This document shows positions 56,229 through 64,000 of a stretch of DNA of 64,000 nt, one piece after another (the first letter of the stretch is position 1; each line of letters begins with the position of its first letter). Both the position numbers and the translations under genes were made by a program. The notes beneath the pieces were generated by a model. That model was not told where the DNA came from and did not search any database. It saw nothing but the letters and a program-made list of their open reading frames with translations. This DNA comes from Actinomycetota bacterium (lineage in GTDB: Bacteria; Actinomycetota; Acidimicrobiia; Acidimicrobiales; Ilumatobacteraceae): positions 12,946 to 76,945 of the forward strand of contig JBDKJP010000065.1 of the NCBI GenBank assembly GCA_039796575.1, read 5' to 3'.

Positions 56229-57629
56229 TTAGCCGGATCGACCACGTCGCGTCGGCCACAACGGCGTCACGAATTCGACCGTCGTGCCCCCTGACCTGGT
56301 GGTTCCATGGATCGAGAACGTGCCGCCAATGCTCTCCACCATCGCTCGCGACATCAACAGCCCCACGTGTCCGGCCGCGAGTGCCCTTGTGAGATCGTCG
56401 TCGCGCGCCCCGACTCCATTGTCGGTGATCGTTCCCACCACCTGCTCGCCCTCGGTGCACAACGTCACCGTCACCTCGGTCGCGCGGGCGTGGCGGACGA
56501 CGTTGCGCACTGCTTCGGTCAACACACGAGTGGCCACGGTGCGCAGTTCTTCATCGGCCACTTCGTCGATGGTGGTCTCGATCCGGACGCCGGTCTCGCG
56601 CAGGGCCGACAGTTCCACTTCCAGCGCGGCGGTGATCGACTCGCGCTGCACCGGCGGCGAGGTCAATTCACCGAGACAGGTGCGGAGTTGGTCGATCGCC
56701 ATCCGCACCAGATCGGCCGACCGTTGTGCGGTATCGGCGTCGACGGGGCGTTTCTCCGACGGCGAGATCGCCCACATCGCCGACACGAGCACCTGCACCA
56801 CGTCGTCGTGCAGGCGGCGAGCGAGGTCGCGCCGTTCGGACACACGGCTGCGCACCAGTTCGCGCGCCATGACGTCGAGCGCATCTCGGGCGGTGCGCAG
56901 TTCGGTGACCTCCACGCCGACCGCCTGCACCAGGTCGCCACCGTCGACGTCGGCGCCGGGCAGCCGGCGGTTCGACCACTGGATCCAGCGCGGGCCGTGC
57001 TCGCCGGGCAGCGGGCCGAGCACCGTGCAGGTCGTGTCGCCACGAAGGGTACGCACGATGTCGACCAACAGTTCCTCCATTGCCTCGACGCTGTCGTGTC
57101 CGTGCGCCGCCGCGAGGTCGATCCAACGATGATCGCGTGCAGCACCCGCGGTGGTCCCGAGGTGCGCCGCATACGCCTCGTTGCACCAGACGATGGTGCC
57201 GTCGACGCGGTACCTCGCCGCCATCGCCGGCTGCATGTCGAAGATGTCGCGCAGGAGCTGTGCGTCGGCGTCGGCGTCACCAGAGGGACGACTCGGCTCC
57301 GAGGTCGACGTCGCGAATGGCAACTCGAGGCCGAACACCTCGAGCACGTCGCCCGCATCGTCGACGCGGGCCGCGAGACGCGACCGAACACGGCCCTGAC
57401 GCCCGGGGTGCACCGCCTCGAAGGTGGCCCACCCCCGAGCAGGGAAGGGACGCAGCGAGCGCAACTGTGCATCCGTGACGACCGCGCCGTCGCCGAGGCC
57501 GAGGACGGCGGCGCAATTGGCCGAGGCGCGGACGCGACCGGTTGGCAGGTGGAGGCTCCACCACGCCGCGCCCAATTCGAGCAGAGACCCGGCCAGGCCC
57601 TCGGGGTCGATCTCGTTCATGCCGATCAT
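56229..57629 (-). CDS. Cytoplasmic PAS-domain sensor histidine kinase (HisKA_3 / NarL-partner type)
   Basis: ORF 56229..58061. The start is probably ATG 57629 or 57620, because GC3 drops upstream of these. There is no TM helix. It has two PAS-like regions, the H-box ERRDLARRLHDDVVQ, and an HATPase_c domain with DNGVGA and GHVGLL. Confidence 0.8.
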   Translation of the reverse strand: MIGMNEIDPEGLAGSLLELGAAWWSLHLPTGRVRASANCAAVLGLGDGAVVTDAQLRSLRPFPARGWATFEAVHPGRQGRVRSRLAARVDDAGDVLEVFGLELPFATSTSEPSRPSGDADADAQLLRDIFDMQPAMAARYRVDGTIVWCNEAYAAHLGTTAGAARDHRWIDLAAAHGHDSVEAMEELLVDIVRTLRGDTTCTVLGPLPGEHGPRWIQWSNRRLPGADVDGGDLVQAVGVEVTELRTARDALDVMARELVRSRVSERRDLARRLHDDVVQVLVSAMWAISPSEKRPVDADTAQRSADLVRMAIDQLRTCLGELTSPPVQRESITAALEVELSALRETGVRIETTIDEVADEELRTVATRVLTEAVRNVVRHARATEVTVTLCTEGEQVVGTITDNGVGARDDDLTRALAAGHVGLLMSRAMVESIGGTFSIHGTTRSGGTTVEFVTPLWPTRRGRSG

Positions 57630-57678
57630 CTTGCCAAGTACGCCGACGCCACGGTGACGTGACACACTTCGGATCGAC

Positions 57679-58320
57679 ATGGACACTTCCACCTCCGCCT
57701 CCACCGATGGTTCGGTGTCCATCGTCATCGTCGACGACCACCCGCTGGTGCGCGAAGGGCTCGGCCGCGTCATGGCCGACGACCCGACGTTCCGTGTGGT
57801 CGGCGAGGCCGACTCGGTGGAAGCGGCGTTGGCCCTGCCGGTCGACCACGCCGACGTGGTGACGCTCGACCTGTCACTCCCGGGGGTTGGCGGCATCGAC
57901 GGCATCGCACTGCTCGGCGAGCGTTGGCCCACCGCCGGCATCCTGGTGCTCACGGTGCACCGCGAGGACACGCATGCGGCCAGTTGTGCGCAGCGTGGTG
58001 CGGCCGGCTTCCTGTCGAAGGACGCGTCGCCGCAGGAGATCCGTGCGGCGGTGACCGCCATCGCGAACGGCGGGCAGTACTACTCGACGACGGCGCTCGC
58101 CGCCATCCTCGGAGGGCGCGAGGAGGTGCGGCTCTCGGCGCGCGAACTCGAGGTGCTGCACGCGTTGGCCGCCGGGCAGCGCATCACCGACATCGCTGCG
58201 CAGTTGGGTGTGAGCGTGAAGACCGCGAGCACGCACAAGATGCGTCTGCAGCGAAAGCTCGGTGCGAACAACACCGCGCAGATCGTGGTGATGGCCCGAA
58301 ATCGCGGCCTCCTTTCCTGA
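57679..58320 (+). CDS. NarL/LuxR-family response regulator
   Basis: 213 aa. Motifs: SIVIVDDHPLVREGL, DVVTLDLSLPG. The LuxR HTH is LSARELEVLHALAAGQRITDIAAQLGVSVKTASTHKMRLQRKLG. Confidence 0.9.
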   Translation: MDTSTSASTDGSVSIVIVDDHPLVREGLGRVMADDPTFRVVGEADSVEAALALPVDHADVVTLDLSLPGVGGIDGIALLGERWPTAGILVLTVHREDTHAASCAQRGAAGFLSKDASPQEIRAAVTAIANGGQYYSTTALAAILGGREEVRLSARELEVLHALAAGQRITDIAAQLGVSVKTASTHKMRLQRKLGANNTAQIVVMARNRGLLS

Positions 58321-58422
58321 ATCGATTTCATTCATTCGCGTGCGCAGCATCGACTACGGTGGCGCCAATCGACACGGACGTCGGTGATGGGGGGGGTGCA
58401 GCGAAATGGTGAAGTCGGCCGC

Positions 58423-58728
58423 ATGAGCCAGCAGGGTGCCGAGGGCCAGTCGTCGTTCTGGTCACGCACGCTCGACGCCGCCCGCCTGCACCGCGGCTGG
58501 ATGTTGGTGCCCCGCCACTACACGCGTGCCACCGCGGCGCAGATCGCCACCGACATCACCCGGGCGGCACACCGCGATCCGGCGAAGCTGCGCGTGAAGG
58601 GCATCCGTCCGGGCGAACGCTGGGACGCGCGTTGGACACCCGCCGACTCGGGCGCTCCGGGTGATCACGTGGTGTGGATCCGCCTCGCGGCCACCGACAC
58701 GGCGGAGCACATCGCGTTCGACGGATGA
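58423..58728 (+). CDS. Hypothetical protein
   Basis: ORF 58384..58728 has high GC3 from ATG 58423 (MSQQGAEGQSSFWSRTLDAARLHRGWMLVP..). I recognise no family. The start is uncertain (ATG 58384 precedes a G8 run). Confidence 0.5.
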   Translation: MSQQGAEGQSSFWSRTLDAARLHRGWMLVPRHYTRATAAQIATDITRAAHRDPAKLRVKGIRPGERWDARWTPADSGAPGDHVVWIRLAATDTAEHIAFDG

Positions 58729-58764
58729 CGCCGCGCGGGCGGCTGCGCGCACCAACATGGTGCC

Positions 58765-59496
58765 GTGAGCCTCCGCCGCCGCTTCCCGACGTCCGCCCGA
58801 GTGTGCGCAGTGGCGGCGTGGTGCGTGGTCCTGGCCGCGTGCGGCACCACGTCCACCCTGCCCGACGGCACGCTGCCGCCGTTGCAGTCGGGCCCGTTCG
58901 TGCCGCCGAGCACGGTGGTGCCGCCCTCCACGGTGGCGGGCAAGACCACGACGACCACGCTGGCCACCGGTGCGCTCTCCACCACGTCGGTGGCGGCAGC
59001 GGGCACGTCGTGGGGTGGGTGGCCGTACTACGAGGTGCCGCAGTTGGGCACCGAGTCGGTGCGTGGCACGGGTTGCGGCAGCACCGGCGGGTTGGGCGAG
59101 ACGCTGCCCGACGGCGTGTGGAACGTGCTCATCGGTGACGGCACCGGTGGCGACGAGTTCTGGACGGCGTCGCGGCTCACCGTCGACGTGCGGTGCGTGT
59201 ACTCCGGCGTCGGCGGTCAGCAGCTGTGGACCGCGGCGTGCACGGCCGACCCGACGAGCGACAGCTGCCAGCAGCAGTCGGCCGACTGGTACGTGGTGAA
59301 CGCGAACGGTCGGCTGCGCACGATGCCGGTGTCGTCGGGCGTGCAGTACGGGGTGGGAGCGCTGGGCGCGTCGCCGTGCGCGTCGGCGAACGCCGATCGC
59401 AACACGGGTGATGCGCCGTGGCGGTACATGGACAGCTGGATCACCGTCGACGGTGGTCAGGTCACCGCGGTCGTGACCGCTTGTCCGGCCGGCTGA
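58765..59496 (+). CDS. Putative lipoprotein
   Basis: The GTG start is followed by a signal peptide with lipobox VVLAAC, then a Pro/Thr-rich linker and a Cys-containing globular domain. GC3 is high. Confidence 0.7.
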   Translation: MSLRRRFPTSARVCAVAAWCVVLAACGTTSTLPDGTLPPLQSGPFVPPSTVVPPSTVAGKTTTTTLATGALSTTSVAAAGTSWGGWPYYEVPQLGTESVRGTGCGSTGGLGETLPDGVWNVLIGDGTGGDEFWTASRLTVDVRCVYSGVGGQQLWTAACTADPTSDSCQQQSADWYVVNANGRLRTMPVSSGVQYGVGALGASPCASANADRNTGDAPWRYMDSWITVDGGQVTAVVTACPAG

Positions 59497-60503
59497 GCGA
59501 TCTCAGCCGGCCAGTGCTCGGCGAGCAGTTCGATGCTGCGGACGCGCGCCGACAGGTCGTACGCGACCGAGGTGACCATCAGCTCGGCGGCGCCGGTGCG
59601 GTCGACCAGCGCGCGCAGTGCGGGGATGGCCGTGTCGGGCGTGCCGACGATGCGGCTGGTGGGCAGTCGTTCGGCCTCCGCGCGTTCGGGGTGCACGGCG
59701 GCGTCGCGTGGCGCGGGGAGCGGCACGAATCGGCCGGTGCGGCGGCCGAGGGCGGTGAGTCGGCCGGGCATCGCGTGCCATTCGGCATCGTCCTGCGTGT
59801 CGGCGAGGAGCACGTTGGCGGTGATGATCATGTACGGCGCTTCGAGCACCGCCGAGGGCCGGAACCCGCGGTGGTAGAGCTCAGTGGCCTGGAGTGCGCC
59901 GCCCATGTCGAAGTGGTGCGCGAACGCGAACGGCAGCCCGAGGTGCGCGGCGAGTTGCGCGCTGTAGCCGCTGGAGCCGAGCAGGAACACGGTGGGGTGG
60001 CTCGTGGCGGCGGGCGTGGCGCGGAAGTGCTGCCAGAGGCCGTCGTCGCCGCGCACGTCGCCGAGCAGGCCCATCAGGTCGATCAGGTCGCGTGGGAAGT
60101 CGTCGGCGCCGAGCAGGTCGGCGCTGCGGCGCACGGCGGCGGCGGTGCGCTGGTCGGTGCCGGGGGCGCGGCCGATGCCGACGTCGACGCGCCCGGGGTG
60201 CAGTGCCTCGAGCAGCGCGAACTGTTCGGCCACCACGAGCGGGGCGTGGTTGGGCAGCATCACGCCGCCGGAGCCGACGTGGATGCGTTCCGTGGAGGCG
60301 GCGAGGTGGGCCATCAGCACCGTCGGGGCGGTGCAGGCGACGCTCGGCATGTTGTGGTGCTCGGCCACCCAGAACCGGCGGAAGCCGAGTTGGTCGGCGC
60401 GCACGGCGAGGGCGGTGGTGTCGGTGAGCGCCTGGCGGCTGTCGTGGCCGTCGTTGAGCACCGACAGGTCGAGCATCGAGAGCGGGACAGCTGTCGTGGT
60501 CAC
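59457..60503 (-). CDS. LLM-class (luciferase-like) flavin-dependent oxidoreductase
   Basis: ORF 59457..61205 trimmed to GTG 60503 (alternative ATG 60476). Blocks: PLSMLDLSVLNDG.., GFRRFWVAEHHNMPSVACTAPTVLMAHLAA, IHVGSGGVMLPNHAPLVVAEQFALLEALHPGRVDVGIGRAPG. Confidence 0.85.
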   Translation of the reverse strand: MTTTAVPLSMLDLSVLNDGHDSRQALTDTTALAVRADQLGFRRFWVAEHHNMPSVACTAPTVLMAHLAASTERIHVGSGGVMLPNHAPLVVAEQFALLEALHPGRVDVGIGRAPGTDQRTAAAVRRSADLLGADDFPRDLIDLMGLLGDVRGDDGLWQHFRATPAATSHPTVFLLGSSGYSAQLAAHLGLPFAFAHHFDMGGALQATELYHRGFRPSAVLEAPYMIITANVLLADTQDDAEWHAMPGRLTALGRRTGRFVPLPAPRDAAVHPERAEAERLPTSRIVGTPDTAIPALRALVDRTGAAELMVTSVAYDLSARVRSIELLAEHWPAEIAQPAGQAVTTAVT

Positions 60504-60584
60504 GGTCGCCACGGTAGAGGTTGCGCCTGCGTCCCGGCACAAAGGCCCTGGCGCCGGACCCACCCAGTGAGGTGAACTGTCCAC

Positions 60585-63410
60585 ATGCGAACCACCGCCT
60601 CGCCGACCCCTCGCGTCCGCGCGCGCCTGGCGTGGTGGGTGGCGTCGTACCTGGTGGTCGGCGTGGTCGTCGCCCTCCTGGAGCCCGATGTGGGGCAGGC
60701 GGCCTGGTACCCACCCGTCGCCATCGGCGTGGCGATGCTGTTCGACCTCGGCGTGCGCACGTGGCCGGTGCTCGTGCTGGCCGACGTCGCGGTGTCGCTG
60801 GTGCAGTACGAGTTCGACGTGCCGCCGGCGTTGGTGAGCGGCGCGGTCACCGCCGTCGAGATCGTGGTGATCTTCGCCCTCCTCCGGCGGATGCGGTTCC
60901 GGCGCGGGTTCGACCGGTTCGACGACGTGGTGCTGATGGGGGTCTCCGGGGCCGTCGGCGCGCTGTCCGCCGCCAGCCTCGGCACGTTGCTGATCCACGC
61001 CATCGGCGATCCCGACGACGCCGGCTGGTCGGTGTGGGCGGTCGGCGACCTCACCGGCTTCACCATCGTCTTCCCCGTCGTGATGTTGGCGCTCGCCTCC
61101 CCCGGTTCCCTGCGCCGACTGTTCGACCTCCCTCGCGCGCGCTTGGTCGAGTTCGTGCTCGGCGCGGCGCTGTCGTTGACGCTGGCGTTCGCGTACTTCG
61201 TGCACGTCGACCCCTCTGCGTTCGGCGTGAGCGAGGCGGGCCCGATGCTGCTCTGCCTCCTCCCGGTGTTCTGGATCGCCGTGCGGTTCGACCTGTTCCG
61301 CACCGCGCTGTTCCTACTGGTGCTCGACATCACGGCGTCGATCGGCTTCTCCGGCCTCGGACCGCACCTGTTCGAGTCGGCCGAGAGCTCGCAGTCGCAC
61401 GACATGGTCGCGGTGCAGCTGCCGATGTTCGCCATCGGGTTGGCAGCGCTCGGCGTGTCGGCCGCCGTGGCCGCGCAGCAGCGTGCACTCCTTCGCGAGC
61501 AGGCGACGCTCGACGCGAGCCCGGTGGCCATCGTGGCACTGGATCGTGGAGGCGCCGTCACGAGTTGGAACCAGGCGGCGGAGCGCATCTTCGGATACAC
61601 CGCCGACGAGGCCGTCGGCCGCATCCCGCCCGCCGTGCCGCCGACGGCGCGCGCCGACTTCCAACGGCACATCGCGCACGAGCGCAGCGCCCCCGGCGAT
61701 CGCACGGTGCGCTACCACCACAAGGACGGGCGCGAGATCGTGGCCCGGATGGTGACCGCGCCGCTCCACGGGCCGATGGGTGAGGAGCTCGGCGTGATCA
61801 GCGTCTTCGAGGACCTGACGAAGGTGCTCGAGATGCAGGAGTACCAGGCGCTGCTGAACACCGCCTTCGACCAGACGGCGGAGTCGATCGTGGTCACCGA
61901 TCTCGAGGGACACATCATCTACGTCAACCCGGCGGCGACGGCGGTGAGCGGCTACTCCCGCGACGAGCTGATGTCGCACGAACGTTCCTGGTTCCAGTCC
62001 GACGTGCACGGCAAGGAGATCGACGACGACATCGGTCGCACGCTGGCGCGCGGCGAGACGTGGTCGGGCGTGGTGGTCGATCGTCGCAAGAACGGTGAGC
62101 TGCTCGAGCAGCAGGCCACCATCAGCCCGGTGCGCGACGGTGAGGGCCGGCCCATCGCGTTCGTGTCGGTGCTGCACGACCTCACGCCGCAGCGCCGCAT
62201 GGAGGCCGACATCGAGCGCGACCGAGCGACGCGCACGATGATGGCGGCGATCATGGAGCGGGCGCGCAGCGAGGCGACGCTCGAGGCGACGGCGTCGTCG
62301 CTGTGCCGCTCGGTGGTGTCGGTCACCGACTTCGACGTTGCCATCGTGTTCCAGCGTCATCAGGACGGCACGTTCGAATCGATCGGCGAGGCGGGCCCAC
62401 TCGGGGCGCGTCGCGGGCGCATCATCAGCCCGGCGAACGGCGCCGCGGAGATGTCGGCCATCACCGAGCGCGGCCCGTGGTGGACCACCCGGGCGTCACT
62501 GGTCGCGCAGTTCGACCACTGGGACGATCGGTTCTCGGCCGAGCAGATCAACGCGGTCGCGTTCGCGCCGATGCGCTGGAACCGCGACATGTTCGGCGTA
62601 CTGATGCTCGCCTGTCGTTCCACCGACGATCCCGACGGCATGGAGCGGCAGTTGACGTTGGTGGGTGAGGTCGCCTCCTTCGGCGGTGTGCTCGTCGGTT
62701 CGCAGGTCGAGGCCGAACGCGAACGCGAGGGCCTGCGCGCCGGCATCCGCGAGATCATCGACCAGCACGCGTTCCATCCGGTGTTCCAGCCGTACGTCGA
62801 TCTCGCCACCGGCGACGTGCGCGGCTACGAGGCCCTCACCCGGTTCGACGACGGCACGCGCCCCGACCGCAAGATCCGCGACGCGTGGCTGGCGGGTCTG
62901 GGCGTGGAGTTGGAGGCGGCCCTGGCGACGGCGGCCCTCGACACCGCCAACCGGCTGCTGCCCGACATGAGCGTGAGCGTGAACTTCTCGCCCGACACCA
63001 TCCTCGGTGGCAGGGCCGCGCAGGTCGTGCGCGACAGCGGACGTGACGTGGTGATCGAGGTCACCGAGCACATGCCCATCGACGACTACCCCACCCTGCG
63101 CGCCGCGCTGCTCGCCTGCGGGAAGGTGAAGGTGTCGGTCGACGACGCGGGCGCGGGGTTCTCGAGCCTGCGGCACATCCTCGAGCTCGAGCCCGACGTG
63201 GTGAAGCTCGACATCGCGCTCATCCGTGGCATCGATCACGATCCGGCTCGCCAGGCGTTGGCCGCGGGGCTCAGCCACTACGCCCGCGACACCGGCACGC
63301 TGTTGATCGCCGAGGGCGTCGAGACCGAGGCCGAAGCCGACGCCGTGCGACGGCTGGGCGTCCACTGGGGACAGGGTTACTACTTCGGTCGACCGACACG
63401 GATTGGATAG
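60585..63410 (+). CDS. MASE1 - PAS - PAS - GAF - EAL signalling protein (c-di-GMP phosphodiesterase, no GGDEF domain)
   Basis: 941 aa. It has an N-terminal ~8-TM MASE1-like region, two PAS domains (SPVAIVALDRGGAVTSWNQAAERIFGY; ESIVVTDLEGHIIYVNPAA) and a GAF-like region. The EAL domain has an intact catalytic set: YEALTR, NFS, EVTE, DDAGAG, KLD, EGVET, QGYYFGRP. Confidence 0.88.
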   Translation: MRTTASPTPRVRARLAWWVASYLVVGVVVALLEPDVGQAAWYPPVAIGVAMLFDLGVRTWPVLVLADVAVSLVQYEFDVPPALVSGAVTAVEIVVIFALLRRMRFRRGFDRFDDVVLMGVSGAVGALSAASLGTLLIHAIGDPDDAGWSVWAVGDLTGFTIVFPVVMLALASPGSLRRLFDLPRARLVEFVLGAALSLTLAFAYFVHVDPSAFGVSEAGPMLLCLLPVFWIAVRFDLFRTALFLLVLDITASIGFSGLGPHLFESAESSQSHDMVAVQLPMFAIGLAALGVSAAVAAQQRALLREQATLDASPVAIVALDRGGAVTSWNQAAERIFGYTADEAVGRIPPAVPPTARADFQRHIAHERSAPGDRTVRYHHKDGREIVARMVTAPLHGPMGEELGVISVFEDLTKVLEMQEYQALLNTAFDQTAESIVVTDLEGHIIYVNPAATAVSGYSRDELMSHERSWFQSDVHGKEIDDDIGRTLARGETWSGVVVDRRKNGELLEQQATISPVRDGEGRPIAFVSVLHDLTPQRRMEADIERDRATRTMMAAIMERARSEATLEATASSLCRSVVSVTDFDVAIVFQRHQDGTFESIGEAGPLGARRGRIISPANGAAEMSAITERGPWWTTRASLVAQFDHWDDRFSAEQINAVAFAPMRWNRDMFGVLMLACRSTDDPDGMERQLTLVGEVASFGGVLVGSQVEAEREREGLRAGIREIIDQHAFHPVFQPYVDLATGDVRGYEALTRFDDGTRPDRKIRDAWLAGLGVELEAALATAALDTANRLLPDMSVSVNFSPDTILGGRAAQVVRDSGRDVVIEVTEHMPIDDYPTLRAALLACGKVKVSVDDAGAGFSSLRHILELEPDVVKLDIALIRGIDHDPARQALAAGLSHYARDTGTLLIAEGVETEAEADAVRRLGVHWGQGYYFGRPTRIG

Positions 63411-63560
63411 TCGACCACGGTCCTACGCCGTTGGTCGCCATCACGGGATTTCTTGCTCACACAGATCAAGATCCGCCCCCACCACCAAACCAAAGCTGTG
63501 GTGGTGACGTGTCACGAACAGCATGCGTCTCCCGGATGCTGAGACTGGAGCAACCAGATC

Positions 63561-64000
63561 ATGAGCAAGCAGAAGCTCACCCGTACGGCGCTCGGCGTCG
63601 CTGCGGCCGGCCTCGGACTGTTCGCACTCGTCGTCGGTGTGGCCGACGCGAAGGGCGGCGGTGGCGGCGGCGGTGGCGGTGGCGGCGATGCCAAGCAGGG
63701 TTCGTACGTCCTCGGGAACTGCACCGACGGGGCCACCGGCTTCTTCGGCTACAACAAGAGCGGCGACCGCGTCACCTACATGGTGGGTGCCTCGGCCGAC
63801 AGCACGGGTGCCGCCTGGACCGTCACGGTCTCCGACGACCTCGCGGGCACGGTGTACTCCGGCCCCAACGGCTCGATCGGGACCGACTGGTCCATCCTCG
63901 GCAACTTCACCGCTCCGAAGGGCAACAACACGTTGTCGGTCACCATGGTGTCCGACAACGGCGTCGACAGTTGCTCTGCCTCGCTGGCGTTCAAGGTCTG
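63561..64000 (+). CDS. Secreted hypothetical protein with a poly-Gly tract, 5' part only (runs off the window)
   Basis: My own translation from ATG 63561 (GGAG at 63547) reads MSKQKLTRTALGVAAAGLGLFALVVGVADA|KGGGGGGGGGGGDAKQGSYVLGNCTDG...SASLAFKV. It has a signal peptide and high GC3, with no stop before the window end. Confidence 0.6.
   Translation, partial: MSKQKLTRTALGVAAAGLGLFALVVGVADAKGGGGGGGGGGGDAKQGSYVLGNCTDGATGFFGYNKSGDRVTYMVGASADSTGAAWTVTVSDDLAGTVYSGPNGSIGTDWSILGNFTAPKGNNTLSVTMVSDNGVDSCSASLAFKV

Noticed and set aside
57678-57681. Divergent kinase and regulator genes apparently sharing overlapping start codons (CATG).
   Set aside because: GC3 in the first 17 codons of the kinase ORF from ATG 57680 is low, unlike the rest of the gene. 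The downstream ATGs at 57629 and 57620 are more likely starts, which gives a normal ~50-bp divergent spacer.

Overview
This is a very GC-rich (roughly 70% by eye) chromosomal segment that looks actinobacterial. Supporting markers are a mycothione-reductase-like gene, a SigK/RskA pair, and OmpR- and NarL-type two-component systems. I can support about 60 densely packed protein genes on both strands, many joined by ATGA/GTGA/TGATG stop-start overlaps. I saw no rRNA, tRNA, CRISPR array, transposase, integrase or prophage signature. Most long ORFs in the six-frame track that overlap these genes are high-GC frame artefacts.

The content is mostly housekeeping or niche metabolism:
- ung
- a Liv-type ABC importer
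- a GH3 beta-glucosidase
- a carotenoid cleavage oxygenase
- mtr and sodA
- an acyl-CoA dehydrogenase and a thiolase
- glgC/glgA
- ribE-ribB-ribH behind a clear FMN riboswitch
- an SNF2/HelZ-like helicase
- a HerA-like ATPase
- an MscS channel
- a MASE1-PAS-GAF-EAL protein

The observations most worth a second look are:
1. A single 971-aa polypeptide fusing an MFS-like 12-TM domain to LivF-like and LivG-like ABC ATPase domains, inside an otherwise all-fused Liv operon.
2. A previously unannotated intergenic repeat family. Two copies of about 85 nt are in opposite orientation 12.4 kb apart and share a 64-nt core that differs at 1 position. There is also a diverged copy containing a perfect 18-bp palindrome.
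3. An ECF sigma / membrane protein / hyper-acidic secreted protein module whose third gene contains a 22-codon uninterrupted poly-Asp (GAY)n tract.
4. An LTXXQ-containing Gly/Met/His-rich secreted protein encoded directly upstream of an OmpR/HK pair, a possible CpxP/ZraP-like three-component module.
5. An array of three GTTCGCG/CGCGAAC palindromes upstream of the SNF2 helicase.

I found no complete, recognisable defence or biosynthetic system. All novelty claims are hypotheses based on motif reading, not on database searches.
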